DNA of 64,000 nt from Candidatus Hydrogenedens sp. (GTDB taxonomy: Bacteria; Hydrogenedentota; Hydrogenedentia; Hydrogenedentales; CAITNO01): contig JAAYJV010000050.1 of the NCBI GenBank assembly GCA_012522755.1, positions 30,653 to 94,652 on the forward strand, in the 5' to 3' direction. The notes beneath the pieces were generated by a model that saw only the letters and a program-made list of their open reading frames with translations, was not told the DNA's origin and searched no databases. The translations under genes and the position numbers were made by a program. Shown here piece after piece: positions 19,971-29,981 of the stretch (positions are counted from its first letter, which is position 1; every line of letters begins with the position of its first letter).

Positions 19971-20306
19971 GACAGAACAACTCCTGATACCGATACAGAT
20001 CTGTGGCTCCCGTAAAGGAGTACACGCTTCCTCTGTAATCTTCTTATTTTAGGCCTCTCTGATTCAAATTATTTCTGTATTCATATATCGGATGATTCCC
20101 GGAAGAGTTTTGCCACTTCTTTTTTTTCATCGCGGAGACCGGCCAGACAACGAGGAACTTGGCACCGAATACACTTCTTAAAATGAAAGCAGAAGATGAA
20201 GTAGTAAAACAACAGGCCTCAGAAGGGGACGTGACAAAGTCAGATGGATTTCATACTTCACTTTGAATTAAGCCATAACAATGGATAACTATTTGCATTA
20301 CACGAT

Positions 20307-20321
20307 AAACTATGATAGTTT
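20307..20321. promoter_or_regulatory. Perfect 7-1-7 palindrome AAACTAT-g-ATAGTTT overlapping a -10-like TATGAT, about 35 nt upstream of the islet's first gene (candidate autoregulatory operator)
   Basis: Inverted repeat read directly in the AT-rich promoter region 'TTGCATTACACGATAAACTATGATAGTTTAGTG'. Confidence 0.3.
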
Positions 20322-20354
20322 AGTGTGTGAACTCAAGTTTATCAGGAAAGAATA

Positions 20355-21347
20355 ATGGATGTTGAAAAAGCTGTTGTCACATATGTCAAGCAAGTAACAG
20401 GTGAATATCCACAGCTTTCGCCGGTACCAGCCAAGACGCTTGCCTCTCTGCCCCTTTACCTCAGTGAAGCCTGGCATCTTAAAGTAATGACTTTTCTGGG
20501 ACACGCACTGGTGCTCGCCTTTGCCGAAGATAACACGAGAAAAGGCCTGACACCTTTAATCAAAGATCGCCTTGCTCTCATCTCTTATCTTGACAAGGAA
20601 GTAGTTCCTGTCCTTCCTTATATCCACTCTTATGCACGTCGAGATCTTATTAAGAAGCGGATTCCGTTTATCACACCGGGAAAACAGTTTTTTCTTCCCA
20701 TGCTTCTCACAGACTTCAGGGAAAATTTCGCTCATCGGCCCGAAGTATCCAAAAAAGCGATGAGTTGGGTCGCACAGCTGATTGTACTCCGTCATCTGCT
20801 GCACGCTGACATCATGGATCGACCTCAAATGGCAATTGCTGAAATTCTGGATTACACGGCCATGTCCATCAGCAAAGGAGTGGGAGAACTTATTTCCTTG
20901 GATCTCTGCGAGAGACTTGCGCAGGGTCGCGCCAGAACCATCAATTTTAAATTCCCTCCTGAAACTTTGTGGAAGCGTGCTCTGACTCACTTGCGTTCAC
21001 CCATTATCAGGCGTCACCCTGTTGTTGAATTTCGTGGGAAACCGGATCTTTCTTTTTTGGCCGGACTGTCAGCATTATCAGAATCAACAACGCTATCACA
21101 CACAGCTCCCCGGATAATAGCCTTATCAAACAGGGAAACAAAGCGTTTGCTTTCCCATGACATTTTAGAAATTTGCCCCTATGAAAGTGATGCGGATCTT
21201 ATACTGGAGGGGTGGGCATATCCGCCCGAATTGCTTTCAGAGAGTACAACGGCAGATGAATTGTCCTTGTATCTCAGTTTGAAGGAAGATCCGGACGAGC
21301 GGGTGCAAACAGCACTGGCACAACTTATGGAGCAACGAGAATGGTAA
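20355..21347 (+). CDS. Hypothetical 330-aa protein encoded in a low-GC islet; candidate antitoxin/regulator (AbiEi-like position) or Abi-type protein
   Basis: ATG with RBS 'AGGAAAG'. The stop overlaps the next ORF's start in the classic ATGgTAA 4-nt coupling. I did not recognise a confident domain match. Confidence 0.5.
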   Translation: MDVEKAVVTYVKQVTGEYPQLSPVPAKTLASLPLYLSEAWHLKVMTFLGHALVLAFAEDNTRKGLTPLIKDRLALISYLDKEVVPVLPYIHSYARRDLIKKRIPFITPGKQFFLPMLLTDFRENFAHRPEVSKKAMSWVAQLIVLRHLLHADIMDRPQMAIAEILDYTAMSISKGVGELISLDLCERLAQGRARTINFKFPPETLWKRALTHLRSPIIRRHPVVEFRGKPDLSFLAGLSALSESTTLSHTAPRIIALSNRETKRLLSHDILEICPYESDADLILEGWAYPPELLSESTTADELSLYLSLKEDPDERVQTALAQLMEQREW

Positions 21348-21535
21348 AAGGCCTTGAAAAATTCAGAGAGGTTTTTCGTGAGGAAAGAGATCAGTATGTC
21401 CTTATTGGCGGTGTTGCCACAATGCACTGGCTGCAAAAAGCCGCTCTCCCGGCACGCGCTACCAAAGATTTGGATATTGTATTACCGATTGAAGCACAGA
21501 AAAAAGGCTTTCAAAAAAATTATGGGACTTTATAA
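21341..21535 (+). pseudogene. Short (64 aa) nucleotidyltransferase-like ORF resembling only the N-terminus of AbiEii/DUF1814 toxins; probably a truncated gene
   Basis: 'YVLIGGVATMHW...RATKDLDIVLP' resembles the AbiEii N-terminal NTase motif (hGG..A...R.S.D[IL]D). A full-length AbiEii is about 250-300 aa, whereas this ORF stops after 64 aa. Confidence 0.35.
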
Positions 21536-21552
21536 AAGGAGGAGGTGATCAC

Positions 21553-21795
21553 GTGGACAGCAGCGACATCCGAAAACACAGGACTGATGTTTTCAAACTG
21601 AGCCAGCTGTTGACTCCTGCTGAAACGAATGCCATACCTGAAAAAGTCTACAACGACTTTCATCGATTTCTGGATCACTTTCCAAAAGAGTCACCAGAAT
21701 GGCAGAGTATCGCTATGGCCATTGGTACCCGAAAAAAAGATTTTGCCACGAGCCTTCTTGATCTATTGAGGAATTGTTTTACGGCAATAAAATAA
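21553..21795 (+). CDS. Hypothetical 80-aa protein (own strong RBS AGGAGGAGGTGA + GTG start); possibly a C-terminal remnant of the NTase or a third module component
   Basis: ORF-track ORF with coding-like composition. Strong SD immediately upstream. Confidence 0.3.
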   Translation: MDSSDIRKHRTDVFKLSQLLTPAETNAIPEKVYNDFHRFLDHFPKESPEWQSIAMAIGTRKKDFATSLLDLLRNCFTAIK

Positions 21796-21998
21796 GAAAT
21801 GACGACCCGTTGAAATACAGAGAAGCGTCAAGAATGTACAGGCTGCCCCAAGTGCACAGAACGTAAAGTCGTGTGTGCAGACTCTGATGATATGTGTTTT
21901 CATTTCAGTGAAATAACAGGTAGAATATGCTGTCCATGCCCCTGTGTTGCCCGACTCCGTGCAAAGCTTGGTATACTGGTTCTGACAGAACTTTACCG

Positions 21999-22038
21999 CC
22001 TTCTCCAACATTCAGAGAAGGTGTATCCTTTTTGTTTT
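21999..22038 (+). terminator. Hairpin CCTTCTC-(9 nt)-GAGAAGG followed by a T-rich tract, at the right edge of the low-GC islet (terminator or 5'-UTR structure of the downstream DUF1080 gene)
   Basis: 7-bp perfect inverted repeat followed by 'TGTATCCTTTTTGTTTT'. Confidence 0.35.
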
Positions 22039-22060
22039 CACTCAACCAATGGAGTTCAGC

Positions 22061-22918
22061 ATGATGAAAGTACGTTATCTTATCGCCCTGGCAGCCATCG
22101 GCCTCTTCCTGACCGGTATTCCCGCCGCATATGGGCAGTTTGATTCGCCTGTGATCAAAGAGTGGGTTGTCACGGAAGTGAACGACCAGGGCGAAGAGGA
22201 AGAAGTGGATTATATGACGCTGGACGGAGTGCTCGTCCATGAATCGGATCCGGAACTGGCTCCGCAACCGCCCATTGTCACGCCGGGCTCTATTCCGGGA
22301 ATGCCTCCCAGTGATGCCATCGTCCTGTTCAACGGGAAAAATACAGACGGTTGGTCGGCTGAGGATGGCAGCACCAGTCAATGGATTGTCAAGAACGCGG
22401 TGTTGCAGCCTGTGGAAGATTCCGGTACGATCCGCACTGTCAAGGAATTCGGTTCCTGTCAGCTTCACGTGGAATGGGCCACTCCGGCCAACGTGGAAGG
22501 TGACGGCCAGGGACGGGGCAACAGCGGTGTCTTTCTCATGGGCCAGTATGAAGTGCAGATACTGGACTCCTATGAAAACACGACTTATCCCGACGGACAG
22601 GCCGGTGCTTTGTATGGACGCAGTGCTCCGCTCGTCAATGCCAGCCGGAAACCCGGTGAATGGCAATCCTTTGACATCATTTTCCACCGCCCTGTTTTTG
22701 ATGAGAATGGCGAGGTGGTGAAACGGGCAACCTTCACGATCTTTCACAATGGAGTGCTGATCCAGGATCATCTGGAGCTTTCCGGCGGAACCTTGTGGAA
22801 AAGCAAACACTCAGTGTTTCCCTATGAAGCCCACGGCGACAGAGGACCTGTTGTTTTGCAGGACCATGGGAATCCGGTCAGTTTCCGCAACATCTGGATC
22901 CGGGAACTTGAGGACTGA
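22061..22918 (+). CDS. Secreted DUF1080 (3-keto-disaccharide hydrolase) domain protein
   Basis: Signal peptide 'MMKVRYLIALAAIGLFLTGIPAAYG' at the N-terminus. 'LFNGKNTDGW...W...GDGQGRGNSGVFLMGQYEVQILDSYEN' and 'VVLQDHGNPVSFRNIWIREL' are typical of DUF1080. Start is ATG 22061 with 'GGAG' 8 nt upstream. The antisense ORF 21905..22810 is a shadow. Confidence 0.75.
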   Translation: MMKVRYLIALAAIGLFLTGIPAAYGQFDSPVIKEWVVTEVNDQGEEEEVDYMTLDGVLVHESDPELAPQPPIVTPGSIPGMPPSDAIVLFNGKNTDGWSAEDGSTSQWIVKNAVLQPVEDSGTIRTVKEFGSCQLHVEWATPANVEGDGQGRGNSGVFLMGQYEVQILDSYENTTYPDGQAGALYGRSAPLVNASRKPGEWQSFDIIFHRPVFDENGEVVKRATFTIFHNGVLIQDHLELSGGTLWKSKHSVFPYEAHGDRGPVVLQDHGNPVSFRNIWIRELED

Positions 22919-22950
22919 TCAACCGGCATTTTTCTGAGGCGACGACATCA

Positions 22951-22991
22951 ACGGCAGAGCCTGTGTAAAACAGCGTTCTGCCGTTTTTTTT
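22951..22991 (+). terminator. Rho-independent terminator after the DUF1080 gene
   Basis: ACGGCAGA-(18 nt)-TCTGCCGT stem followed by T8. Confidence 0.6.
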
Positions 22992-23089
22992 GTGAAAAGG
23001 CTTGCCTGTCTTTCTTCCATGAAGTACACTATGAGGAAGGAGTCCGGGTATGGACTCCCCGGATTTCCAGATGATAGAGGAAAAAAGTC

Positions 23090-24568
23090 ATGACTTATGT
23101 GCTTGCTTTGGATCAGGGGACGACCAGTTCCCGGGCTATCGTATTTGATCACCAGGGAAAAATCATCGCCAGTGCCCAAGAGGAATTTGAACAGATCTTT
23201 CCGGTGCCGGGTCAGGTGGAACATGATCCCCGGGCCATCTGGAATTCTCAGATCACCGTTGCCCGGTTGGCTCTGGAAAAAGCCGGATTAAAAGCAACGG
23301 ATATCGCCGCCATCGGCATTGCGAATCAACGCGAAACAACTCTGATCTGGGAGAGAAATTCCGGGGAACCCATTTACAATGCCATTGTCTGGCAGGACCG
23401 TCGAACAGCGGCGCTCTGCGAAAAACTCCGGGAGGAAGGGCATACTCCTCTGATCCGGAAGAAAACAGGGCTTCTTCCCGATCCCTATTTTTCAGGAACA
23501 AAGATCAAATGGATTCTGGATCATGTTCCCGAAGCCCGGAACAAAGCACTTCGAGGAGAGTTGGCCTTCGGCACTGTTGACAGCTGGCTGCTGTGGAACT
23601 TGAGCGGTGGTGAACTGCACATGACCGATGCCTCCAATGCCTCGCGCACTCTTCTTTTCAATCTGCATAGGGGCGACTGGGATGAGGAATTACTGCATCT
23701 TCTGGATATTCCGTCATCGCTCATGCCGGAGATTGTGGATTCAAGCCAGTTGTATGGGCATACCCGTGCGGAGCTTCTGGGAGCGTCCATCCCCATAGCC
23801 GGTATGGCCGGAGACCAGCAGGCGGCACTTTTCGGTCAGCTCTGCACCCGGCCGGGCATGGCAAAGAACACCTACGGTACGGGCTGTTTCATGCTGATGA
23901 ATACGGGCAATGAATTGGTCATACCCGAAACAGAGCTCCTGAGTACTGTTGCCTGGAAGATGGACGGGAAAACTTCTTTTGCTCTGGAAGGCAGTGTTTT
24001 TGTGGCTGGCGCTGTCGTTCAATGGCTCCGTGATCAACTGGGTCTCTTTGCCGCATCAGAAGACATTGAAGCACTGGCCGGAAGCGTGAAGGACAATGGC
24101 GGCGTATATTTTGTGCCCGCCTTCACAGGCCTCGGAGCACCCTGGTGGGATCCCCACGCCCGGGGCACCATCAGTGGCCTGACACGGGGTGCCTCCTCCG
24201 CTCATCTGGCCCGTGCCGCACTGGAAGGGATCGCCTTTCAGGTGGAGGATGTTCTGTCAGCCATGAGCCGGGAATCAGGGGTTGTCCTGGAAGAGCTCCG
24301 CGTGGACGGCGGTGCTGCAGCCAACAATCTGCTCATGCAATTTCAAGCCGACATTTCCGACACGAAGATCGTCCGGCCCCGATGTCTGGAAACGACAGCG
24401 GCCGGAGCCGCTTATCTTGCCGGCCTGGCTGTGGATGTGTGGGATTCTGTGGAAGCCCTGTCCTCTCAGTGGCAACAGGAAAACACTTTTCACCCTCAAC
24501 TGTCAGCATCAGAACGGACAGCTCTTCTGGAAGGCTGGCATCAGGCACTGCAGCGTTCCCGCAGCTGA
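23090..24568 (+). CDS. glpK: Glycerol kinase
   Basis: '[16 protein letters not shown]', '[11 protein letters not shown]' and '[11 protein letters not shown]' are FGGY-family glycerol kinase signatures. The product is 492 aa. Confidence 0.9.
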   Translation: MTYVLALDQGTTSSRAIVFDHQGKIIASAQEEFEQIFPVPGQVEHDPRAIWNSQITVARLALEKAGLKATDIAAIGIANQRETTLIWERNSGEPIYNAIVWQDRRTAALCEKLREEGHTPLIRKKTGLLPDPYFSGTKIKWILDHVPEARNKALRGELAFGTVDSWLLWNLSGGELHMTDASNASRTLLFNLHRGDWDEELLHLLDIPSSLMPEIVDSSQLYGHTRAELLGASIPIAGMAGDQQAALFGQLCTRPGMAKNTYGTGCFMLMNTGNELVIPETELLSTVAWKMDGKTSFALEGSVFVAGAVVQWLRDQLGLFAASEDIEALAGSVKDNGGVYFVPAFTGLGAPWWDPHARGTISGLTRGASSAHLARAALEGIAFQVEDVLSAMSRESGVVLEELRVDGGAAANNLLMQFQADISDTKIVRPRCLETTAAGAAYLAGLAVDVWDSVEALSSQWQQENTFHPQLSASERTALLEGWHQALQRSRS

Positions 24569-24593
24569 GAGTCATCCAGGCGTCCTGAAGCGA

Positions 24594-26249
24594 TTATTGT
24601 TTCTTTGTGGAAGCGTACAGCCCGGCAATCTCTTTGTCAGACAGACAGGAATCATGAAGGCGAAGATTACGCATCCAGCCGTTGAAATGATCTCCCGGCC
24701 CGAAGCCGATGAGCCAGGGTTCTTCCTGATTGAGCATGAGAGCATCGCTCTTCTCATCGCCCCGCGAAGCCACACAGTTTCCATCCACGTAGAGTTTCAG
24801 GCTTCCCCCCTGCCGTGTGGCTGTGACATGTCGCCACCCTGCTGCAAGTGAATGATCCCAGGAAACACAATTTCCTGTGGTGAGGCTGTGAACATTCCCT
24901 GAGGGCAGGGTCCCGCAAAAGAGTTTCCCATCATAAAGGGCCATGGACCAGGTGCGCCTGTATCTTCCTTCCGCCGTGTCCAGCTGATCGCTTACAGCCG
25001 TCCACAGGTCTTTTCCTTCATATCGATATACGCGGGAAGTGGGCAATGTTCCCGTATAGAGTTTGCCGTTGTATACCATCATGCCCATGGTTTCCAGTTC
25101 TTCACCCGGACGCCCCACGGCTACCCAGCTTTCCTCTTCCAGTCGATACACATAAGCCTGGGGCCAGGTGGAAAGGTGCAGCTTCCCCCCGAAGACAGCA
25201 AAGGAATAATCCTGATGGATGGGCGGATCCAGCGAGGCACCGCGATAAGACCAGTCTTTACCGTCGAAAAGGAAAGGTCCGCCCGGCGCATCATAGGAGA
25301 CCATGTACAGGCCTCCATTGAAGACGTGGGGACTGAGCACACGTTGTCCCGGATTTCCCAGATAGCGCCACTGAGTGCCGCCTTCGTGGCGATACAGTCC
25401 GAAGCCTTCTTTCTTCAGCGTCGTTGCGTGAAGAGCGCCCTGATAGACCGCCAGACCGCCGAGGGTACCCGCCTCCCCTGTTTCAGCATTGCTGAGCTGA
25501 CCGCAGTACTCCCAGGACTGTCCGCCCTGATAACAATAGATTTTCCCGCCAGGCCTTTCATTGGCTGAAGCTTCCAACGAAGATCCGGTGGTATCGTACC
25601 AGCCGGCACCTGCATAGAGCTTTCCATCATGAACCGCCACGGCCATGATCGCATTACTGGGATCAGGCGCGCCGCAGTCCACCCACCGGGAATCACCCTC
25701 ATATCGGTATACATGGCCGGACTCGTCAGCACCGGGCTCACAGGTACCGGCATAAAGTGCGCCATCAAGAACAGCAAAGCCGAAAATAAGAATGGCCTTC
25801 CCCGGACGTCCGCAAAACTCCCAGAGCGCTTCAGATCCGCTGTCCATACCCCAGAAAAGGTTTCGCACATTGGGCGATGAGTTTGTGACACCGCTATAGT
25901 CGGCAATACCCAGAGTGAATCCTGTCCGGGTCTCAGCATCAAACTGGCTGATGAGATCCCCCAACGCATCGTCCAGAGCAGTATTGACATAAATCTCCAT
26001 GGAAATACTGAAATCTTCATTTTTAAGTGCAGGCATGAGATCGGGGGACAGTTCGAGCCAGGCATCCCGGCCGTTGAAATAAGCCGCCGGGCGGCCATCG
26101 GGGGCGGGACGCTCAAAAGAGACGGCATAATTGGCTGGATGGCGTTTGAATCCGGAAAGATCTTCGCTGTCTTTTTCGAGAGGCCAATGGCCGAGGAGTG
26201 AAGCCCGGGCCACTGAACAGCCCAGCAAGAGTATGATGAGGAGTCTCAT
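24594..26249 (-). CDS. Secreted hypothetical protein with N- and C-terminal LamG/concanavalin-like regions flanking about 6-7 Kelch/beta-propeller-like repeats ('DGKLYAGT...VYRYEG..W')
   Basis: Signal peptide 'MRLLIILLLGCSVARA'. The start is ATG 26249 with RBS 'AGGAAAGGAAAC'. The repeat periodicity was read directly. It lies 21 nt downstream of rodA on the same strand. Confidence 0.55.
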   Translation of the reverse strand: MRLLIILLLGCSVARASLLGHWPLEKDSEDLSGFKRHPANYAVSFERPAPDGRPAAYFNGRDAWLELSPDLMPALKNEDFSISMEIYVNTALDDALGDLISQFDAETRTGFTLGIADYSGVTNSSPNVRNLFWGMDSGSEALWEFCGRPGKAILIFGFAVLDGALYAGTCEPGADESGHVYRYEGDSRWVDCGAPDPSNAIMAVAVHDGKLYAGAGWYDTTGSSLEASANERPGGKIYCYQGGQSWEYCGQLSNAETGEAGTLGGLAVYQGALHATTLKKEGFGLYRHEGGTQWRYLGNPGQRVLSPHVFNGGLYMVSYDAPGGPFLFDGKDWSYRGASLDPPIHQDYSFAVFGGKLHLSTWPQAYVYRLEEESWVAVGRPGEELETMGMMVYNGKLYTGTLPTSRVYRYEGKDLWTAVSDQLDTAEGRYRRTWSMALYDGKLFCGTLPSGNVHSLTTGNCVSWDHSLAAGWRHVTATRQGGSLKLYVDGNCVASRGDEKSDALMLNQEEPWLIGFGPGDHFNGWMRNLRLHDSCLSDKEIAGLYASTKKQ

Positions 26250-26272
26250 GAGTTTCCTTTCCTGGAATGGCA

Positions 26273-27514
26273 CTAGCCTTTTCGTCTGTACACTTCCACG
26301 TTGGCAATGGACGTGGGCATATTCTGCTGCTCCACTTCCTTTTTACGCAAGGGTACGCAAAGAAGCATGCCCATACCGGCCATGACTGTCATGTAAAAAC
26401 TGCCGCCATAACTGAGAAAGGGCAGGGGAATGCCCGTTACGGGGAGCAGGCCCGTTGTGATGGCGATATTCACGAATATATGAAAGGCGAGCACCGTTAC
26501 GACCCCTACGGCAATGAGAGTCCCCTGCATGTCATAGGCATCGCGGGCGTAAATCAACCCTCGAAAGAGGAGGATCGCAAAGAGAGCAATCACTGTGACT
26601 CCTCCGACAAAGCCGAATTCCTCAGCGAGCAATGAAAAAATAAAGTCCGTGTGGTGTTCAGGCAGATAGTTGAGTTTGGTCTGTGTACCGCGCAGATATC
26701 CTTTTCCTGAAAGTCCGCCGCTGCCGATGGTGATGCGACTTTGATAGGTATGCCAGCCCGTGTCTTTATGGTCATAATCAGGATGCAGATAGGTGTAAAT
26801 ACGTTTTTTCTGGTAATGTTTCAATTCCCAGACAGCACGTTTTTCTGTTTCAACAGCAGGATCAAAATCTTTCATCTCCCACCAGAGCACAGGGAGCAGG
26901 GACAGCCCCAGCAAGATGATGATTGTGAGATGAATCCTTCTGCAGCCGGCGGCGAAAAGCATTGCAAAGGTCAGCGGGATCAGGGAAGCGGCCGTGCCCA
27001 GGTTGGGCTGTTTGAGAATGAGACCTACAGGAATGGCTACAAGACAAAATGTGAGGAAAAACCAGCCGAACTTCCGGATTCTGTCGCCAACTTTCACCAG
27101 ATACCAGGTCAGGAAAAAAATCATGATAACCTTGGAAAATTCTGAAGGCTGCAGACGAAAGACACCCAGATTGATCCAGCGTTCGCTCCCTTTTACAGCC
27201 GTACCGAAAAGGAGCACGGAAGTCAACAAGGCCAAAGAGCCCATATAAAACAGGGGAGCCCAGTTCACCAGGAAGCGGTAATCAATGCTGATGAAAAAGA
27301 CGGATACAAGAAGCCCACCCAGAAAAAAACAGATCATCCGATGGAGATACACCGTACTGGTGCTTCTGGAGGCACTGTACATCAATATCCAGCCGATGAC
27401 AGCCAGTGTAAAGACAATGAGAACCAGCCAGATATCAATGCGCGCCACATTTCTGAAATTCAATAAGCGTACACTCACATTCTGATGGCTTATAAGTCTG
27501 CGTAGAGTCGACAT
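26273..27514 (-). CDS. rodA: Rod-shape-determining SEDS protein RodA
   Basis: FtsW/RodA/SpoVE family ('SGGLSGKGYLRGTQTKLNYLPEHHTDFIFSLLAEEFGFVGG'). It immediately follows mrdA in the mre operon. Confidence 0.85.
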   Translation of the reverse strand: MSTLRRLISHQNVSVRLLNFRNVARIDIWLVLIVFTLAVIGWILMYSASRSTSTVYLHRMICFFLGGLLVSVFFISIDYRFLVNWAPLFYMGSLALLTSVLLFGTAVKGSERWINLGVFRLQPSEFSKVIMIFFLTWYLVKVGDRIRKFGWFFLTFCLVAIPVGLILKQPNLGTAASLIPLTFAMLFAAGCRRIHLTIIILLGLSLLPVLWWEMKDFDPAVETEKRAVWELKHYQKKRIYTYLHPDYDHKDTGWHTYQSRITIGSGGLSGKGYLRGTQTKLNYLPEHHTDFIFSLLAEEFGFVGGVTVIALFAILLFRGLIYARDAYDMQGTLIAVGVVTVLAFHIFVNIAITTGLLPVTGIPLPFLSYGGSFYMTVMAGMGMLLCVPLRKKEVEQQNMPTSIANVEVYRRKG

Positions 27515-27519
27515 GATGT

Positions 27520-29451
27520 TCAGTTTCCGGCCAGGGTCAAATAAGAGGTTTTTGAAGCCGCGTGATCGTAGAAATACTCTATCACATCACGGGCCACAGG
27601 AGCAGCGACACTGCCTCCGGCATGGCCATGCTCGATGAGCACCGTGACGGCAATACGCGGACTTCTGTCGAGGACACCGGCTGTAAACCAGGCGTGGTGC
27701 CTCAGGGGATAGGGAATATCTTCCGTCTTTTTATATTTTGACAGATGAGACAGAGAGGCCACCTGAGCTGTACCGGTTTTTCCGATAATGTCCATCCCTT
27801 CAATACGTGCACGGTTTCCCGTACCGGTGGGCGCCGGTTTCGTACGTTCCACGCACATGCGTAATCCCGCTGTCACTGTATCGATGGTACTGTCGCTGAA
27901 AATCTTGTCTGAAAGGATGGGACCCGCTTCCCGACGAAGATAGGGTTGAACACGGTAACCGCCATTTACAATACAGGCCATCATGACGGTTATCTGAAGC
28001 GGTGTGGTGGTACAGCTTCCCTGACCGATACTGAGGTTCACCGTTTCACCCGGATACCATTGCTGTTCCCAGGCGGGCTTATCCTTGTTCATGGCCGCTT
28101 TCCATTCGCGACCGGGAATGAGGCCAGCCGACTCTCCGGTAATGTCCAGGCCTGTGAGAACGCCCATACCCATCAATTTTGAATAAGCGACAATGCGGTC
28201 CACTTCGAGGCGACGGCCCAGTGTATAGAAAAAGACGTCACAGGAAAAAGCCAGAGACTCCACCACATTCATGGACCCGTGTCCATAGCGATTCCAGCAG
28301 TTCCAGCGACGACCCTTGCCATCGATGGCATAACTGCCGCTGCAATGGAAACGGGTATTGGCATCAATGAGTTTTTCTTCAAGCCCGGCCGCTGCAAGCA
28401 TGATTTTGAAAACAGAACCTGGAGGATATACCTCTCTGAAGGCCCGGTGTGTCATGCGGTTGGGCTTCTGACCGGAAAGGAGAGTCAAGCGTTCTTCTGT
28501 GGCACCACGGTTCACAAATACACTGGGATCATAGCCCGGTGCACTGGCCAGCGCCAGCACGGCACCCGTGTCCGCATCGAGCACCACGATACTCCCCTGC
28601 TCGCCTTTGAGCAACGACTCACATTTCTGTTGTAAATCAATATCCAGCGTAAGATTAAGCGCCTCGCCGGAGCGCGCGGGCACAGGCGGCGCTTCCAGAT
28701 TGAGAAGGTGACCGATGGTGTCGCGCCGGGCGATCATGGGGCGTCCCGCTTTGTCCGTGCGCAGTTGTGGCTGACCGGAAGCATATTTGGTGACGAGCAT
28801 ATACCCGTCCTGCCCGTGAAGAAGAGACTCATAGAACAGTTCTATGCCGCCTTTGCCCACGAGGTCCCCCATGAAGTATCCCTCATCACGGCGGCGTTCC
28901 AGTTCAACCGGGCTGATTTCACCCAGAAAACCCATGATCTGCCCGGCTGTTTCGCCCAGCAGATAGCGCCGTTGCGGATGGACAACGGTTGTAATTCCCG
29001 GAAGGAGATGCTGGTTTTCTTCAACCCGTGTCTGATCAGCCCTGGAAATATCCCTTTTCACCAGTATCTGGGTAAAGGGCAGTGCCTGGTAGGCCTCAAT
29101 CTTTTTGTGCAGATCCTCGGGATCAATATTGATCCAGGACTGCAATCGTTCGCATACGGTATCAAGCATCTCGGCGGGACATTCACCCGGAATAATGACC
29201 ACATCAACACGGGCACGGTTGTCGGCCATAACCTGACCATCGCGGGCGTAGATGATTCCCCGGTCGGCGGCCAGTCGCTTCTGCCAGATCCGGTTGTCTT
29301 CGGCCAGTTTGGAAAATTCACTCAAGGAAAGAATCTGCAAGCGCCACAACTGTATCCCCAGAAGAAAAAGTGCCGCTGCTATGGCAAAGCCCACCTGTTG
29401 CACGCGCCGTTCAACTCCCGTATATCTTTCCTGATCCCGGTTCTCACTCAT
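27520..29451 (-). CDS. mrdA: Penicillin-binding protein 2 (peptidoglycan D,D-transpeptidase)
   Basis: Transpeptidase motifs are SxxK ('GSVFK'), SxN-like, and 'KTGTAQ'. An N-terminal TM is present. It is positioned between mreD and rodA. Confidence 0.85.
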   Translation of the reverse strand: MSENRDQERYTGVERRVQQVGFAIAAALFLLGIQLWRLQILSLSEFSKLAEDNRIWQKRLAADRGIIYARDGQVMADNRARVDVVIIPGECPAEMLDTVCERLQSWINIDPEDLHKKIEAYQALPFTQILVKRDISRADQTRVEENQHLLPGITTVVHPQRRYLLGETAGQIMGFLGEISPVELERRRDEGYFMGDLVGKGGIELFYESLLHGQDGYMLVTKYASGQPQLRTDKAGRPMIARRDTIGHLLNLEAPPVPARSGEALNLTLDIDLQQKCESLLKGEQGSIVVLDADTGAVLALASAPGYDPSVFVNRGATEERLTLLSGQKPNRMTHRAFREVYPPGSVFKIMLAAAGLEEKLIDANTRFHCSGSYAIDGKGRRWNCWNRYGHGSMNVVESLAFSCDVFFYTLGRRLEVDRIVAYSKLMGMGVLTGLDITGESAGLIPGREWKAAMNKDKPAWEQQWYPGETVNLSIGQGSCTTTPLQITVMMACIVNGGYRVQPYLRREAGPILSDKIFSDSTIDTVTAGLRMCVERTKPAPTGTGNRARIEGMDIIGKTGTAQVASLSHLSKYKKTEDIPYPLRHHAWFTAGVLDRSPRIAVTVLIEHGHAGGSVAAPVARDVIEYFYDHAASKTSYLTLAGN

Positions 29452-29981
29452 GGCTGCAATCCTCCGCCCATATAGTCACGTCGGTGGAAAATGCGGTCCA
29501 GGGTAAGGAATACCACAGGGGTTAAAATGGCCGAATAAAAAGCTGTAGGGATGATATTGGAGATGAGGGGCTGAATCATGCCGCTTTGGGGACGTTGGAA
29601 ATACTGAATGGACATATACAAAATGCCCCAGCCGAAACCGGACATGAAAACCGCACCGGCCTTGATGGCCGCATGTTCTGAAATGAGCCGTGTCGAAAGC
29701 CGGCCCAGTATGTAGCCTGTGATGACATAGCATATGACATGGTGTCCGAGAGTGGTACCCACAGCCACGTCAAGATAGAGCCCGCCGAGAAGGCCGGTGA
29801 ACATGGCCCATTCTTCTCCGAAGGCAATGGCGAAATAAACCAGAAAAACAAGAATGATGTCCGGTGTCACCTCCTGAAATTTCAAGAGACCCGGCCAGTT
29901 GGTCTGGATCATGGCCGCAAGAAGAGTGAACCCCATCCAGAAAAGATAGATTCGCGTTCGGTGTATACGAGGGCGCATCAT
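29448..29981 (-). CDS. mreD: Rod-shape-determining protein MreD
   Basis: A small polytopic membrane protein, 177 aa. It overlaps the mreC stop and the mrdA start, which is the typical arrangement. Confidence 0.65.
   Translation of the reverse strand: MMRPRIHRTRIYLFWMGFTLLAAMIQTNWPGLLKFQEVTPDIILVFLVYFAIAFGEEWAMFTGLLGGLYLDVAVGTTLGHHVICYVITGYILGRLSTRLISEHAAIKAGAVFMSGFGWGILYMSIQYFQRPQSGMIQPLISNIIPTAFYSAILTPVVFLTLDRIFHRRDYMGGGLQP

Noticed and set aside
21905-22810. 301-aa - strand ORF
   Set aside because: It overlaps the well-supported secreted DUF1080 gene (22061..22918, +), which has a signal peptide and conserved domain motifs. The minus-frame product is low-complexity.
24282-24851. 189-aa + strand ORF spanning the glpK 3' end and the convergent gene
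   Set aside because: It crosses a gene boundary in an alternative frame. Both flanking genes are better supported.
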